Of a DNA stretch of 64,000 nt, positions 50,680 through 63,070 are shown one piece after another. Numbering within the stretch: position 1 is the first letter of the stretch; the number at the start of each line of letters is the position of its first letter. A model generated the notes under the pieces. That model was given only the letters and a program-made list of their open reading frames with translations, was not told where the DNA came from and searched no databases. The stretch comes from Squalus acanthias (Eukaryota), in the NCBI GenBank assembly GCA_030390025.1, contig CM059432.1, forward strand, positions 57,600,001 through 57,664,000, given 5' to 3'. The position numbers were made by a program, and so were the translations under genes.

Positions 50680-52726
50680 CTGTTTGCAGGGCTCCAAAAC
50701 AGACTGTTTCTTAACCTCTCCATGGAGCAGTGTTACTTACCCCCTCTCAAAACTTCCCTATTCAGGCACAAGGAATTATTTATCCAAAACATCTCTAATT
50801 TGTGATATGGTCTGCTGCACCATTAGCATCCTCTTCAGGCTTACTTGAATTGCAAGACCACCTACTCCATCCATCAGATGGCTGCACAATCATGGAGAAT
50901 TAATGACGTCAGCTAAAGGACCTCGACTTGTATAAAGCCTTTCCTTCCCATTAAGCAGATTAAAATTTCATGATTACCAAACTAAATGAGTCAGAAGCAG
51001 TTACAGCAAAAACAGCACATTTTGCAGCTGTGTTATAAATACTACTTAATAATGGGGAGGTCGAGTATGGCAAGTCTTTTTATCTATCTGATTTTCCTAA
51101 TAATTAAGCTGCCATGCCTAAATTATCAAGCTCTTTGAATAATCTACTGTCTAAACAGTGGCAAAGAACATGTGACTATTCTTGTAACCAAAACCTATAA
51201 TTTAATTTTACACCCCCTGCTGATTCATACGTAAAACTCCATGTGAGAAACGACCTTCTCTGTCTGAAGGTTAAGTTTATATTTGGTTATTCAACTTAGT
51301 GGTTTCAAACTTTTTTTTGAGTTTATCTATAGCAGCATCATTCTTGGAGTCGTCAACTCCACAACCTTCTCACAGATTGCCATGTAATACTGTGTTAAGC
51401 ATTTGTCTGCAGAGTGTGAATTTTCAGTTCTAATGTATTACTTCCTCATCATCCAACTGTTAATTACCACTCAAGAAAACATTTTGTTGAGAAACAAAGC
51501 TATAGTGTAGGACATCATCAAGGTTAGAAAGAGTAAAAAGGAAGACGAGATCAGGAAATAGTGATGAACTGACACAAAACCTAACTTTTAACAACATGAA
51601 ATTGTTGGAGGAAAGAAATACTGAGAGAAGTAAAGAAGCTTCACAGTTCTGAGGTCCTGGGAAAGAATGAGCTAGAGTAGGAGATGATTCTTGATTTCAA
51701 TATAATGGGGATATAGGGAGGAGGAAGGGCATGTTGGATGATATATTTGGAGCTTAGAAGGAATAAGAGTGAAAAGTTCAGAGGAACACCGACTATAACA
51801 GGAATAAAAGAAATGAGAAAGTTAATGACAGAGAGAGAATAGAAAGGAATTGCCTTTTTGAAGTGATTACCTCACTATTGTTGTTCTTTCCTGGTGGATG
51901 CCATCATGCACTAATAACACATATCACAAACTATATTACCTGAGTGATTTCAAGATTGTAACCTTACTTTGTGGCTCAGGAAAAGGAAAAGGGAACATCA
52001 CCTATAATTTATAACGTCACAAGATTGCTGTTTTGTAATCACTCCCAGATATCCATTGTGTGTTATTTAATGATAGGAGTGCTGTTTAACCTGCTCTCAC
52101 ACTCTCCCTATTTTTACATTATGTTTACAAATGATCTAAAAGCCAAGTATCCACAAGCAGCTTTGAAATTCTTGGCAACGGATTAATTTGTAATGGCTGA
52201 CTGCAGTGCTGAGAATGGTGACTGGATACTGTATTCAATGTGACATTCTTGGTGGACTTATATCATTTTTACAGCAGTTTCCAGCAGTTTCTGACAGTAG
52301 CACAATTTTTTTCTTGTGATTTGCTTTTTGCTATTAAGGTTAAGGATATCAGTGCTGGAAAATGGAACATTTATCTGCTTAGGTCATCTAATGCCGACAC
52401 TGAGCAATCCTCAGTCTGATACCAATACTGGGTGATAAAAGTGGGAAAAAGCATTCAATTTCCCAATACTAACATCTCTCACTGTGAAGGGCTAAACAAA
52501 AAAAGTTACCCTAAAACACTAAAGAAAAAACAAGGGGATGAATTTCCTCGCCATTTCTGGTTTACATCTGGTGCTGGAATGGCAAAGAATCAATTTCAAA
52601 CGAGGAAACTCGGGTGGGAGCAATTTCCACCACTTGTGCACCTCGAAACTGCTTCCTGTGAGTTTCCTCCATCTTTTTTGCCCCTCCCACAATCTGCTCG
52701 ACAAGCCCCCGGAGCAGACTAGTGCT

Positions 52727-54790
52727 CATACGAACGTACGAATTTGGAGCAGGAGTAGGCCACTCGGCCCTTTGAGCCTGCTCCGCCATTCAATAAGATC
52801 ATGGCTGAACCGATTACTCCACATTCCCGCCTACCCCCGATAACTTTTCACTCCCTTGCTTACCAAGAATCTATCTACCTCTGCCTTAAAAATATTCAAA
52901 GACTCTGCTTTCACCGCCCTCTGAGGAAGAGAGTTCCAAAGACTCGCGACCCTCTGTGAGAAAAAAATTCTCCTCATCTCTGTCTTAAATGGGCAACCCC
53001 TTATTTTAAAACAGTGACCCCTAGTTCTAGATTCTCCCACAGGAGGAAACATCCCCTCCACATCCACCCTGTCAAGACCCCTCAGGATCTTATATGTTTC
53101 AATCAAGTCACCTCTTATTCTTCTAAACTCCAGCGGATACAAGCCTAGCCTGTCCAACCTTTCCTCATAAGACAACCCGCCCATTCCAGGTATTAGTCTA
53201 GTAAACCTTCTCTGAACTGCTTCCAACGCATTTACATCCTTCCTTAAATAAGGAGACCAATACTGTACACAGTACTCCAGATGTGGTCTCACCAATGCCC
53301 TGTATAACTGAAGCATAACCTCCCTACTTTTGTATTCAATTCCCCTCGCAATAAACGATAACATTCTATTAGCTTTCCTAATTACTTGCTGTACCTGCAT
53401 AGTAACCTTTTGCGATTCATGCACTAGGACACCCAGATCCTCTGCATCTCAGAGCTCTGCAATCTCTCACCATTTAGATAATGGCCCAGAAATTGATCTC
53501 GCTCTGTTCCCGCGGGGGTAAGGCTTTCCCGCGATCTCTCACCTCGCTTGTGCTTTTTCAGATCCAGCTCGCACGAACTTCATGTTCTAGAGATCAGCTG
53601 GGCAGTGCTTGCGTATCCCAGCGGCGTAGTGAATTCGTGCGAGCTGTGGGATCACGTGACTCAGTTAGAGCCAATGGCAGCACACCATCTTCCATTCATA
53701 AGTCTCACAGCATAGCTGTGAAATCTATGAATCTTACACCCCCCCAAAATAACAGCTAAACCTCAATTAAATTTTAAAAAAAACCCATCACATTAATAAA
53801 ATAAGTATAGTTAATTAAATTAACCATTTTAAATAAAAAATTAAATTTTTGAAAAAATTTAAAATCTTTTAAAAAGTTATAAAAATAAACTTACCTGTCT
53901 TTAAAGTCTCTAAAAAAGATATACCTGTAAAAAAAAATTCAAAAAAATACTTAATTCACTACTTACCTTCTTAAAAGCGGGTCTTACTCCTCCTTTTTAC
54001 ATTTCCAAAATCTTCCGTACTTACCTGCGCGTCCAAAGCATGAAGTGCACAGCGTGCACGCAGCCTGTAGCACGCACGCGATGCACCGAGGACCCGCCCC
54101 CTTTTCAGAAGAGCAATTGCCGGTTTTCAGCGCATGCGCAGGGCATGCAGAAAACCGGCAATTGGAGTGGGAATACGCGAGAGTACGCAGTGCGTACTCT
54201 CGCGTCCCGGGATCAATTTTCGGCCCAATATGCTTCTTTTTTATTCTTCCTGCCAAAATGGACAACTTCACATTTTCCCACATTATACTCCATTTGCCAG
54301 ATCTTTGCCCACTCACTTAACCTATCTATATCCCTTTGTAGCCTCCTTATGTCCTCTTCACAATTTACTTTCCTACCTATCTTTGTGTCATCAGCAAATT
54401 TAGCAACCATACCTTCGGTCCCTTCATCCAAGTCATTTATATAAATTGTAAAAAGTTGAGGCCCCAGCACTGATCCCTGTGGCACACCACTCGTTACATC
54501 TTGCCAATCAGAAAATGATCCATTTATGCCTACTCTCTGTTTCCTGTTAGCTAGCCAATCTTCTATCCATGCCAATATGTTACCCCCTACACCATGAGCT
54601 TTTATTTTCCGCAATAACCTTTGATGTGGCACCTTATCAAATGCCTTCTGGAAATCTAAGTACAGTACATCCACCGGTTCCCCTTTATCCACAGCACATG
54701 TTACTTCCTCAAAGAACTCCAATAAATTGGTTAAACATGATTTCCCTTGCACAAAACCATGTTGACTCTGCTTGATTACTTTGAACTTTT
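52727..54790 (-). mobile_element. CR1 RT + 3' end, split by MITE A copy 3
   Basis: ORFs 54213-54752 and 52831-53424. KKEAY|YLNGE is restored when the MITE and one AAT are removed. Confidence 0.93.
53483..54226. mobile_element. MITE family A copy 3
   Basis: GGCCCAGAAATTGATC/GATCAATTTTCGGCCC with an AAT TSD inside CR1 coding sequence. Confidence 0.93.
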
Positions 54791-54799
54791 CTCATCAGG

Positions 54800-55290
54800 T
54801 AATGGCACTATAGACACTCCGCACTCCGGCATTTGCCACTCTCTCAGCTCTTCATGGGAAGAAAAGCATCTACTGGTTCGTTACTGGGCGATAAGGCTGC
54901 TGCCATGGCTAAAGACCTTACTCCGACTACCTTGAACATGAGCAGATGAGCAGTGCAATGAGGCCCATGCAGCTACCAGGCCAGTGGTTTGAGAGGACTA
55001 CTGGGATGCTGAAGGCATGCTTTCGATGCCTGGATAGGTTGGGTGGAGTTCTACAGGAAGCGCCAGCAAGGGTCTGCAGAATCATCATCACCTGCTGTGC
55101 CCTTAACAACTTTTGCCACGCAGGAAGGGCTGCAGTTTGTCATGACTGAAGAGGTGGCGCGGTTCCAGAAGAACCTGAACTGCAGGGACCAGAACATGTG
55201 GACAACATCCACTCAGAGGAGACCTCGCTGATAGAGCATCAAAGGGCAGATCCTCTCCAAATTCTTCACTATATGATTCAGTCTACCTGG
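54800..55290 (+). pseudogene. Harbinger transposase C-terminal relic
   Basis: LLGDK...ERTTGMLKACFRCLDRLGGVLQEAPARVCRIIITCCALNNF. Confidence 0.85.
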
Positions 55291-55407
55291 ACACCACAGC
55301 CTGACCTTCTTTTCCCCCACTTGCCAGTAATTTCCCCCACCTCACACCAGGACAGGTTACATAGACTAGGCTTGTATTTCCTTGAGCATAGAAGATTAAG
55401 GGGTGAT

Positions 55408-57332
55408 GTTCATTGTGCGGCAGTCCTCTGTGCCAGCTGTATTTGAAACACCACAGAAAGTCAGAGGCTGGCTACTGGGTGACAAGGGTTATCCATTCAT
55501 GACATGGCTCATGACTCCTGTCCGGAACCCACGCACATGTGCACAGCAGGCATACAGTGAGAGCCATCCTACCACAAGGTACATTATAGAGCACAACATT
55601 GGCATCATCAAGCAATGCTTCCGCTGCCTTGACCGCTTTGGAGGAGCCCTGCAATACTCAGCTGAGTGTGTATCAAGATTTGTGGTAGTATGCTGCACAC
55701 CCTGGACATTATGAGGGATTGCCACCATTGCCACCACCTATCAGACGAGAAGCTGAGGAGCAGGAGCGCAAGGAAGAGGAAGAGGAGGAGGAGCAGGAGG
55801 AGAAGGAAGTGCAACAGAAAGTGGAGGAACAGGAAGAGGAAGGGAGGCTACAATGTGGACAGCCTCTTTCTGCCCGGGCTCTACGTGATTAAATAATTAA
55901 TGAGCGAGACCAGTAAGCTCAACCGCACCTCCCCATTCACCAACAGTCCCACGCTCCTTACCTTTCCTCTATCACTGACCATCACATCGTCCTCTTTCCA
56001 AAAACACTAATGTGCAACCTCGCCTTCCGGTAAGCTGACACCTGCACTATCCTTTCCCCCTGCCCTGGCTGCAGGCCACTCGTGCCCGGTGTCTCACCAC
56101 GTGCATCTCCCTCCTCTAGCCTAGCCTCTAAAATACACCCAGTTTCAGTATCTGAGTTGATGGCTGCGACTGTAAGATCAAGTGACGGCGTCTGTTCATC
56201 TTCACTTTCTTCTTCCTCCTCCACCACTGACTGGGCAGGGTTCTAGTTCTTGGGTATCTGAAATGAAAAAGGGACAAGAGTTGGGATGTGGAGAGGGGAA
56301 AGGCGAAAGTAAGATTGCATGTTTACACCCTCTGCAGCTTCTCAGTCAAAAGAGATTGAAGGATGAGAGAGAAGCGAGATAAGAGAAGGAGGATTAGGTA
56401 TGCTGATACCCACATCATTGATCGTTCCAGTGGCCACAGCCTCAATGATGCCCTTTCCCATGATGGCCAGCACTGTCTCTCCATGGGTGTTAAACCGTGC
56501 AGGCACACTTGTCCTCCTCCAGTTCATTGCTGTTGCCTGCTGGTATGCGCCACTTTCTCCTGCACGAAAGAGGGAAGAGTGTCAGGGAGTTTTGTGCAAT
56601 ATGTTTGTCTGATGTAGCTGTCATGGTTGAATAGCTGCCAATGTGTGCGAGTTATGAATTGTGGGTGCAAGGCTTGCAACAGTGCTAAATGTGTGAGGGT
56701 GAGGTAAAAGCATATCAATCATTACACAACCCTACAATTCTTAAGTGGGTGATGGGGGTGTAGTGAATTGAACAGTGGATGAGGCTAATGTTGCAGTTTG
56801 TAGGATGTGCCATTTGAAGATGAACACACTAACCTTGGCAACTCGTGTGAGATCATTAAACTGCTTCCTCCACTTCCTCCAGGTTCTAGGAGAAACACTC
56901 CTGTCATTGGCCTCTGCTACTTTTTTCCACTGCCTCCTGCCCTCCTTCTTTCCCCCTCTTCCACCAAGACCTCCAGTGGGTTGTTTGAAAACCTTGGTAC
57001 ACGCTCTCTCGCATATTCAGCCATTGCGCAAAGTATCACAGCACAGATTGAGATTTCAAATGACTCCCACCACTTCTTGCAGCCACAATGCACCTCCCCT
57101 TTAAGAGGTGCAGGCTGCCTTTAAGTAGCGCTAGCCGCTCGCGATATCGAGCCCCGTGATGATGCGTGCAGCCAATGAACAGCGTGGATAGCACTGGCTA
57201 CATGCAGCAATCATGCAAAGCAGCAGGCAACACAAATTTACCGTGCTGCCTGCGACCCAATGAATAGGGGCAGGATAATCGCGCATAATGATCCCTGCAC
57301 CCATTTTTGGGATATTAGCCAATTTCTCCCCC
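55408..57332. mobile_element. PIF/Harbinger element: transposase C-terminus + acidic tail (+), convergent multi-exon Myb gene (-), right TIR
   Basis: GWLLGDKGYP...IEHNIGIIKQCFRCLDRFGGALQYS. Myb exon 57024-56834 MAEYARERVPRFS...RTWRKWRKQFNDLTRVAK|gt, acceptor at 56559 (EKVAH). TIR AATTTCTCCCCC. CR1 pieces flank both sides. Confidence 0.88.
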
Positions 57333-57444
57333 ATAAACTATTTCCTTTGGTGGGGGAGTCCAGAAACAAGGGGGCATAACCTTAAAATTACAGCTAGGCC
57401 ATTCAGGGGTGATGTGAGGAAGCACGTCTTCACACCACGTCCTC

Positions 57445-60067
57445 GAGTGCCGGGCTCTTTTGCCGGCACTCCACTCCCCAGTGGTCCAGCAGGGCCCCAG
57501 TACGTGCTGCGCTAGGCCCCTCCCCTTTATTCAGGGGAGGGAGGCCTGCAGTACTGCAGCGCTACGTTTTTTAAAATCATTTATGGGATGTGGGAGTCGC
57601 TGGCAAGGTCTGCATTTATTGCCCATCCCTAATTGCCCTTGAGAAGCTGGTGGTGAGGCGCCTTCTTGAACCGCTGCAGTCCGTGAGGTGAAGGTACTCT
57701 CACAGTGCTGTTAGGGAGGGAGTTCCAGGATTTTGACCCAGCGACGATGAAGGATCGGCGATATACTTCCAAGTCAGGATGGTGTGTGACTTGGAGGGGA
57801 ACTTGGAGGGGATGGTGTTCTCATGTGTCTGCTGCCCTTGTCCTTCTATTGGGTAGAGGTCGCGGGTTTGGGAGGTGCTGCCGAGGAAGCCTTGGCGAGT
57901 TGCTGCAGTGCATCTTGTAGATGGTACACACCGCATCCACAGTACTCCGGTGGTGGAGGGAGAGAATGTTTAAGGTGGTGGATGGCGTGCCAATGAATCA
58001 GGCTACTTTGTCCTGGATGATGTTGAGCTTCTTGAGTGTTGTTGGAGCTGTACTTATCCAGACAAGTGGATAGTATTCCATCACTCTCCTTACTTGTGCC
58101 TTGTAGAAGGTGGAAAGGCTTTGGGGAGTCAGGAGGTGAGACACTCGCCACAGAATACCTAGCCTCTGACCTGCTCTTGTTGCCACAGTATTTATGTGGC
58201 TGGTCCAGTTAAGTTTCTAGTCAATGGTGACCCCCAGGATGTTGATAGTGGGGGATTCGGCGATGGTAATGCCGTTGAATGTCAAGGGGCGGTGGTTAGA
58301 ATCTCGCTTGTTGGAGATAGTCATTGCCTGGCACTTGTGTGGCGCGAATGTTACTTGCCACTTATCAGCCCAAGCCTGAACGTCGTCCAGGTCTTGTTGC
58401 ATGCGGGCAAGGACTGCTTCCTTATCTGAGGAGTTGTGAATGGCACTGAATACTGTGCAGTCATCAGCGAACATCCGCATTTCTGACCTTATGTTGGAGG
58501 GAAGGTCATTGATGAAGCAGCTGAAGATGGTTGGGCCTAGGACACTGCCCTGAGGAACTCCTGCAGCGATGTCCTGGGGCTGTGATGATTGATCTTCAAT
58601 CACCACAACCATCTTCCTTTGTGCTAGGTATAACTCCAGCCAGTGGAAAGTTTTCCCTCCTGATTCCCATTGACTTCAGTTTTACTAGGGCTCCTTCATG
58701 CCACACTCGGTCAAATACTGCCTTGATGTCAAGGGCACTCACTCTCACCTCACCTCTGGAATTCAGCTCCTTTGTTCATGTTTGGATAAAGGCTGTAATG
58801 AGGTCGGGAGCCAGTGGTCTTGGCAGAACCCAAACTGGGCATCGGTGAGCAGGTTATTGGTGAGTAAGTGCCGCTTGATAGCACTGTCGATGACACCTTC
58901 CATCACTTTGCTGATGATTGAGAGTAGACTGATGGAGCGGTAATTGGCCGGATTGGATTTGTCCTGCTTTTTGTGGACAGGACATACCTGGTCAGTGTTC
59001 CACATTGTCGGATAGATGCCAGTGTTGTAGCTGTACTGGAACAGCTTGGCTAGAGGTGCGGCTAGTTCTGGAGCGCAAGTCTTCAGCACGATAGCCGGGA
59101 TGTTGTCAGGGTCCATAGCCTTTGCTGTATCCAGTGCGCTCAGCTGTTTACTGATATCATGTGGAGTGAATCAAATTGGCTGAAGACTGGCTTCTGTGAT
59201 GGTGGGGACCTCAGGAGTAGGCCGATATGGATCATCCACTCGGCACTTCTGGCTGAAGATGGTTGCAAATGCTTCAGCCTTGTCTTTTGCACTCACATGC
59301 TGGGCTCCACCATCATTGAGGATGGGGATATTCATGGAGCCTCTTCCTCCCATTAGTTGTTTAATGGTCCACCACCATTCACGACTGGATGTGGCAGGAC
59401 TGCAGAGCTTTGATCTGATCCGTTGATTGTGGGATCGTTTAGCTCTATCTATAGCATGCTGCTTCCGCTTTTTAGCATGCATGTAGTCCTGTGTTGCAGC
59501 TTCCCCAGGTTGGCACCTCATTTTTAGGTACGCCTGGTGCTGCTCCTGGCATGCTCTTCTACACTCGTTGTTGAACCAGGGTTGGTCCCCTGGTTTGATG
59601 GTAATGGTAGAGTGAGGGATATGCCGGGCCATGAGGTTACAGATTGTGGTGGAATACAATTCTGCTGCTGCTGATAGCCCACAGCGCCTCATGGATGCCC
59701 AGTTTTGAGCTGCTAGATCTGTTCTGAATCTATCCCATTTAGCACGTGGTAGTGCCACACAACACGATGGAGGGTGTCCTCAGTGTGAAGACGGGACTTC
59801 GTCTGCACAATGACTGTGGGGTGGTCACTGCTACTAATACTATCATGGACAGATGCATCTGCGACAGCTAGATTGGCGCGCATGATGCTGCTGCAAATAG
59901 CGGCGTGATATTCAATGGGAGTGCCCCAAGAGGGAGGGGGAGCGCTTCCAGTAGTGCCCTGCCTCGTGCTTGGGGCGCTACCATTGAATTTTAGGCGCGG
60001 GGGTGCTAACTTCTAGCACCCCGGCGAAGTTATCGTTCCAAAGGGGGCGCGACCCAATATTCCCCCC
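57445..60067. mobile_element. Partial family-B MITE (inverted) split by a LINE
   Basis: 57445-57566 and 59876-60067 are reverse-complement homologues of 33825-34180. Confidence 0.75.
57570..59875 (-). mobile_element. Non-LTR LINE (CR1/L2 group, distinct family), RT + 3' end, frameshifted
   Basis: [45 protein letters not shown] and FADD. Confidence 0.9.
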
Positions 60068-60074
60068 GAGGTGC

Positions 60075-60872
60075 CATTCCTCGAGCTTCATTAGAATAGT
60101 GTAGGAGGCCGAGGACAGAGAGGTCTCAGAGTGGGAGTGGGGTGGAGAATTAAAATGACAAGCAACCGGAAGCTCAGGGTCACGCTTGTGGACTGAATGG
60201 AGGTGTTCCACAAAGCCAATCTGCATTTGGTCTCCCCAATGTAGAGAAGACCGCATCGTGAGCAGCGAATACAGTATACTGAATTGAAAGAAGTACAAGT
60301 AAATCGCTGTTTCACCTAGAAGGAGTGTTTGGGGCCCTGGACAATGGGAAGGGAGGAGGTAAAAGGGCAGGTGTTGCATCTCCTGCGCTTGCATGGGTAG
60401 GTGCCGTGGAGGGGGAGGGGATGTTGGGGGTGATTGAAGAGTGGACCAGGGTGTCGCAGAGGGAACTGGAATGCTGGGAGGGGAGGGGAAGATGTGTTTG
60501 TAGGTGGCATCACGCTGGAGGTGCCAGAAATAGCGGAGGATGCTTCTTTGAATGTGAAAGCAATGGGTGGAAGATGAGGACAAGGGGGACCCTATCGTGG
60601 TTCTGGGAGGGAGGGGAAGGGGTGAGAGCAGAAGTGCGGGAAATGGGACAGACATAGTCGAGAACCCTGTCAACTATGGTGGAGGGGAATCCTCGGTTGA
60701 GGAAAAAGGAAGACATATCGGAAGCACTGGTATGTAAGGTGGTATCATCAGAATAGATGCGGCAGAGGCAGAGAAACTGGGCAGAATGGAATAGAATGTT
60801 TACAGGAAGTGGGCTGGGAGGAAGTGTAGCCAAGGTTGCTGTGGGAATCAGTGGGCATATAGTAGATAAGCC
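60075..60872 (-). mobile_element. PLE RT-thumb / GIY-YIG fragment
   Basis: FFLNRGFPSTIVDR, CKRRRCNTCP and VYCIRCSRCGLLYIGETK. Confidence 0.9.
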
Positions 60873-61507
60873 CACTATAAGCACACTGACTCCCAGAGCA
60901 TTAAGAAGGCCATAAAGATGATTGGCGTAGGAAACAGACAAATTCACAGGGGGCACTTTTGTGAAGGTTGAGGTTTAAAAAACATTTTTGGGCAGAATGC
61001 AGGAAACATTATTGTGAATACAGCCTGTGTCATAATCTAACCTGGGAGTACTCAATGGGTGCCAGAAATGGAAAAATGTTCCAGTGTTGACATCCCTCGT
61101 GTATGTTCTCAGTATTGACATCCTTCTCCCTGATGAGAGAAACTAAATTGAACCCACATGGAAAAAATTGCTGTCAGAAGTAGCTTGAAACTGTTCCAAG
61201 AGCAATGCAAACCCCAAAAGAAGATTAGTTTTAATACAGAATGATATCAAATGAACCAGCTGATTAATAGAGCAACATCCATATGGAATGAAAATATATG
61301 AAAGTCATCTGAGGTACCGTTTTTATTGACTTATTGCAGAGTTCATTTCATCCTCAGCACAAAAATGTTTGACTGTTTAACAAGAACATTGAGAGCAATT
61401 GAAAGCATTGAGAGTCTATTGATTTGGAAATAGCATCTTGACAAATCCATTTAGAACATTGCAGCCAATATTATGGTGCCCCAGTTCTTCAGGTTTTCAA
61501 ACATTAT

Positions 61508-63070
61508 GAGGGGAATTTTAACATCAAAAAATGAGCGGGTTTGGGAACGGTTGGGTAGTAAAAAGTGCTGAAATTGACAGCGCGTCGGGAAGCTGGCTCC
61601 AATCCGCCGACTTCCGCATTTCACTGGAGCGCGTTTGGCAGCGTGCAAGAAACCTCCTCAGGAGAGGCGGATCACCAATTTAAAGCAATTAAGAGGTAGT
61701 TAACAGGGGTTTTCAACTTTCACTGTGGGTCCATGGGTTTCCTGAGCTTCCTGGACCTCAGCAGTGAAAGCAAGGTGAGAGCACAGCAGCAATTGAGGAG
61801 CTGAAGAAATGACAGGCAAAACGAGATCTGGTGAATGGTGTGCATGCGTCCTGTGCACCCTCAGAGTTAGTGACCTTCTCTGAGGAGTCTTCTTCCTTCT
61901 CCAGCCCCACCGCCTGTTGGACACTTGATGGGCCTGTGGACGATTAAAGACGTGAATTAGAACTGTCATGGTAAGAATGTTTGAAGTTAACATTATGCAC
62001 ATGATCATATTTCACTGGCTGCTGACATCAAGTCAACATGAGTGAGTGTTGTATGCCATATGGCTATGAGACATTTAATTCTGTCACCAGGTAGCTGGGA
62101 GCTCCCCATCTCTCCATCTCCCACCGCCAGGCATGCTGACACTCCACTTATTTCAAGTGCCTCCTCCTCTGCAGCTGTGAGCGTTGTGATGACTGGAGGA
62201 CCACCTCTGGTTCTCTGCCTCGCCCTGGTGTTCTGTGCTGTCTTCTCCTGCAAGGAGGGAAACAAGAGACCTTTGAGGGAGAGTGATGGAATGATTGGAA
62301 TGGATGGATTGAGAACATCAGTTGAAGGTGACTATGAGGGAGAGGTGTGACATTTTATTGAGATGAGGGTGAGTGTCAGTGGTGGATGGTCAGTTGGGGA
62401 TGAGGAAGTGCATAGACAAAGAGGAATGGGTCCACCTGCAAGGTACGTTGGTGTGAGGAGTGATGTGCAGGAGCAGGCTTGGGAAGGCAGAGTGAGGGGG
62501 TTGGGGTGACATGCACATCAGGATGTAGTTGAATGTGGCATTGTATTCACCTTTCCTGCCCTCATGAGGTCATTAAATCTTTTCCTGCACTGTATCCAGG
62601 AGCATGACACCGCACTCCTGCTGCTGACCTCCTTCGCTATCTCCAGCCATGCCTTCTTTGTCAGTGAGGCTGGCTTCTTCCTCCCTTCGGCAGGAAATAA
62701 AACCTCCCTGTGGGCCCTTACACCTCGCAGCATGCGTTCCAGGGAGGCATCACTAAAGCGAGGGCAGCTTTGGAATGTTGAGACTCCATTGTTAGCACCT
62801 ACCTATCTTTCTCCCACCTCCACAATCCCTCAAATGTCACCTTTAAATACTTCAGCTGAAATAGACCCATGTATGTCGTCATCATGCCCGCTTGTGTTAA
62901 TTATTCGTGAATCCCGGAAGTCAGATGCAAATGCAGCGACTGGGTTAAAAAGCCACTGACAGATGCACTGCAGTAACTTCCAGGTTTCCCCAGCGCTTCC
63001 AGACACCGCGCCCCCCGCCCCCCCCCCCCGCACCCCACTCCCAGCGCGTTGCCAGGTAACTATTCCGGCC
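61508..63070 (-). mobile_element. Harbinger derivative carrying a 3-exon Myb/SANT gene (NAIF1/MSANTD-like domain)
   Basis: Exon 1 at 62789-62551 RFSDASLERMLRGVRAHREVLF...KKAWLEIAKEVSSRS...WIQCRKRFNDLMRAGK, with an apparent 1-bp frameshift near the ATG. Exon 2 at 62247-62088 EKTAQN...RTRGGPP. Exon 3 from 61933. GT-AG introns. TIRs degenerate. Confidence 0.82.

Noticed and set aside
54018..54027. U1 snRNA gene or pseudogene (TACTTACCTG)
   Set aside because: Only the first ~10 nt match; the downstream sequence is not U1.
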